A stretch of DNA of 25,743 bases from Trueperaceae bacterium. GTDB lineage: Bacteria > Deinococcota > Deinococci > Deinococcales > Trueperaceae. A program made the translations under genes and the position numbers. Location of the stretch: assembly GCA_035703635.1 (NCBI GenBank), contig DASSXV010000053.1, positions 1 through 25,743 on the forward strand, written 5' to 3'. Under the pieces are notes generated by a model. The model worked only from the letters and a program-made list of their open reading frames with translations. It searched no databases and was not told where the DNA came from. Of this stretch, positions 24,522 to 25,743 are shown piece after piece (the stretch's first letter is position 1; each line of letters begins with the position of its first letter).

Positions 24522-25403
24522 CTACGCGCGGGGGTCGAACATGTCGCGCAGGGCGTTGCCAAGCACGTTGAATGCCAGCACGGTGATGGCGATGAATAGG
24601 CCTGGGTAGATGGCGAGCTCCGGCTTCAACCACAAGTACGACTGCGCGTTCTGGAGCATGTTGCCCCACGACGCAAGCGGCGGTTGGATGCCAAGCCCAA
24701 GGTAAGAGAGACCCGCTTCCGTGAGGATCGCCCAACCGACGCCTAGCGAGGCGAGGACGATGGCCTGCGGCACGACTTGCGGTAGGACGTGCTTGAGCAT
24801 GGTGCGGGGGTGGGTGGCGCCCAGCGCGCGAGCGGCCTCGATGAACTCGTAACCGCGCACCTTCACGAACTCGGCGTGCACGACGCGCGCCATCTGAGCC
24901 CAGAAGCCGATGCCGACGGTGACGATGACCGTGATGGGGTGGTTACCGAACGCCGTGACGACCACGAGGATGAGGAAGAAGTTCGGGATGGCCATGAAGA
25001 CGTCTACCAGCCGCATGATCATGACTTCGGTGCGGCCCCTGAAGTAGCCGGCGAGGCCACCTGCGATGGTGCCGATGGTGAGGCCGACCACCATGGCGAG
25101 GAGGCCGACGCTCAACGAAACGCGGCCGCCCGCCAGGACTCTGGCGAGGACGTCCCTACCGAGCTCGTCAGTGCCGAGGAGGTGCTCGGCGCTTGGGGCC
25201 TTGAGGGTGTTGCGCGCGTCGGTACGGTTGGGCGCTTGCGCGTAGATGACGGGGCCGAGCGTGACGGCCAAACCGAGCACGACGAGGAGAAGCAGCGCAA
25301 CGATGCCGAGCGGTTGGCGCCGAACCTTGCGCCACAGCTTAGCTGAACTGGCGCTGGCTTCCGGTGCCGTCTGCGGCGCGCTAGTTGCGGCACTGTCAGT
25401 CAT
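24522..25403 (-). CDS. ABC transporter permease (DppC/OppC-like)
   Basis: HLLGTDELGRDV, EFIEAARALGA, EAGLSYLGLG, SWGNM, LRDMFDPR. ATG 25403 overlaps the upstream stop (ATGACTGA). Confidence 0.93.
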   Translation of the reverse strand: MTDSAATSAPQTAPEASASSAKLWRKVRRQPLGIVALLLLVVLGLAVTLGPVIYAQAPNRTDARNTLKAPSAEHLLGTDELGRDVLARVLAGGRVSLSVGLLAMVVGLTIGTIAGGLAGYFRGRTEVMIMRLVDVFMAIPNFFLILVVVTAFGNHPITVIVTVGIGFWAQMARVVHAEFVKVRGYEFIEAARALGATHPRTMLKHVLPQVVPQAIVLASLGVGWAILTEAGLSYLGLGIQPPLASWGNMLQNAQSYLWLKPELAIYPGLFIAITVLAFNVLGNALRDMFDPRA

Positions 25404-25743
25404 GGCGGATCCGTGGGTCAACGACCGCGTAGAGCAGGTCGACGAGGAGGTTGACGGCCACGACGAGGAGGCCTGCAAGCAGCGTCGCGCCGAGGATGAC
25501 GGGGTAGTCGCGGCCGTTGGCCGCCTCGATGGCCAAGCGGCCGAGGCCAGGCCAACCGAACACGCTCTCGATGACGACGGAGCCCGAGAAGAGCGCGGTC
25601 GTCACGAGCCCGAGCACGGCCAGGACGGGCACGAGGGCGTTCTTGAAGGCGTGCTTGAAGAGCACCCGGTTAGGTGGCAGGCCCTTACCCTTAGCGGTGC
25701 GCACGTAGTCAGCGCGGTTGACCTCGAGCAGCGCGGAGCGCGT
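25396..25743 (-). CDS. ABC transporter permease (DppB/OppB-like), 5'-truncated by the window edge
   Basis: DYVRTAKGKG, HAFKNAL, IESVFGWPGLG, RDYPV, DLLYAVVDPRI. Confidence 0.92.
   Translation of the reverse strand, partial: TRSALLEVNRADYVRTAKGKGLPPNRVLFKHAFKNALVPVLAVLGLVTTALFSGSVVIESVFGWPGLGRLAIEAANGRDYPVILGATLLAGLLVVAVNLLVDLLYAVVDPRIRHD

Overview
High-GC bacterial DNA, very likely Deinococcota: the RpoD C-terminus [17 protein letters not shown] and two leaderless TAnnnT-N7-ATG starts fit this phylum; a Truepera-like lineage is my inference. The left half (1-13012) is a periplasmic PQQ-dehydrogenase module split by a monocistronic rpoD. Left of rpoD lie an acidic secreted repeat protein missing from the ORF track, a YVTN beta-propeller, a PQQ-system-type solute-binding protein (SBP) and an OmpR-family two-component pair. 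Right of rpoD lie a COG4315-like/cytochrome c fusion, a methanol/ethanol-family PQQ dehydrogenase carrying the D-x-D lanthanide ligand in a divergent active site, and an MxaJ/XoxJ-like domain fused to a second SBP copy. This candidate lanthanide-dependent oxidation and uptake system with non-canonical fused partners is the most novel-looking element. The right half holds a membrane GGDEF-EAL protein, a peptide-type ABC SBP plus two permeases without an ATPase, a small acidic protein, an mnmH(selU)-selD pair, and the 3' part of a second ABC operon with three hydrolases, one an M24 enzyme lacking canonical metal ligands. I found no rRNA, tRNA, CRISPR array or mobile element. All family calls come from motif recognition by eye, with no database searches.
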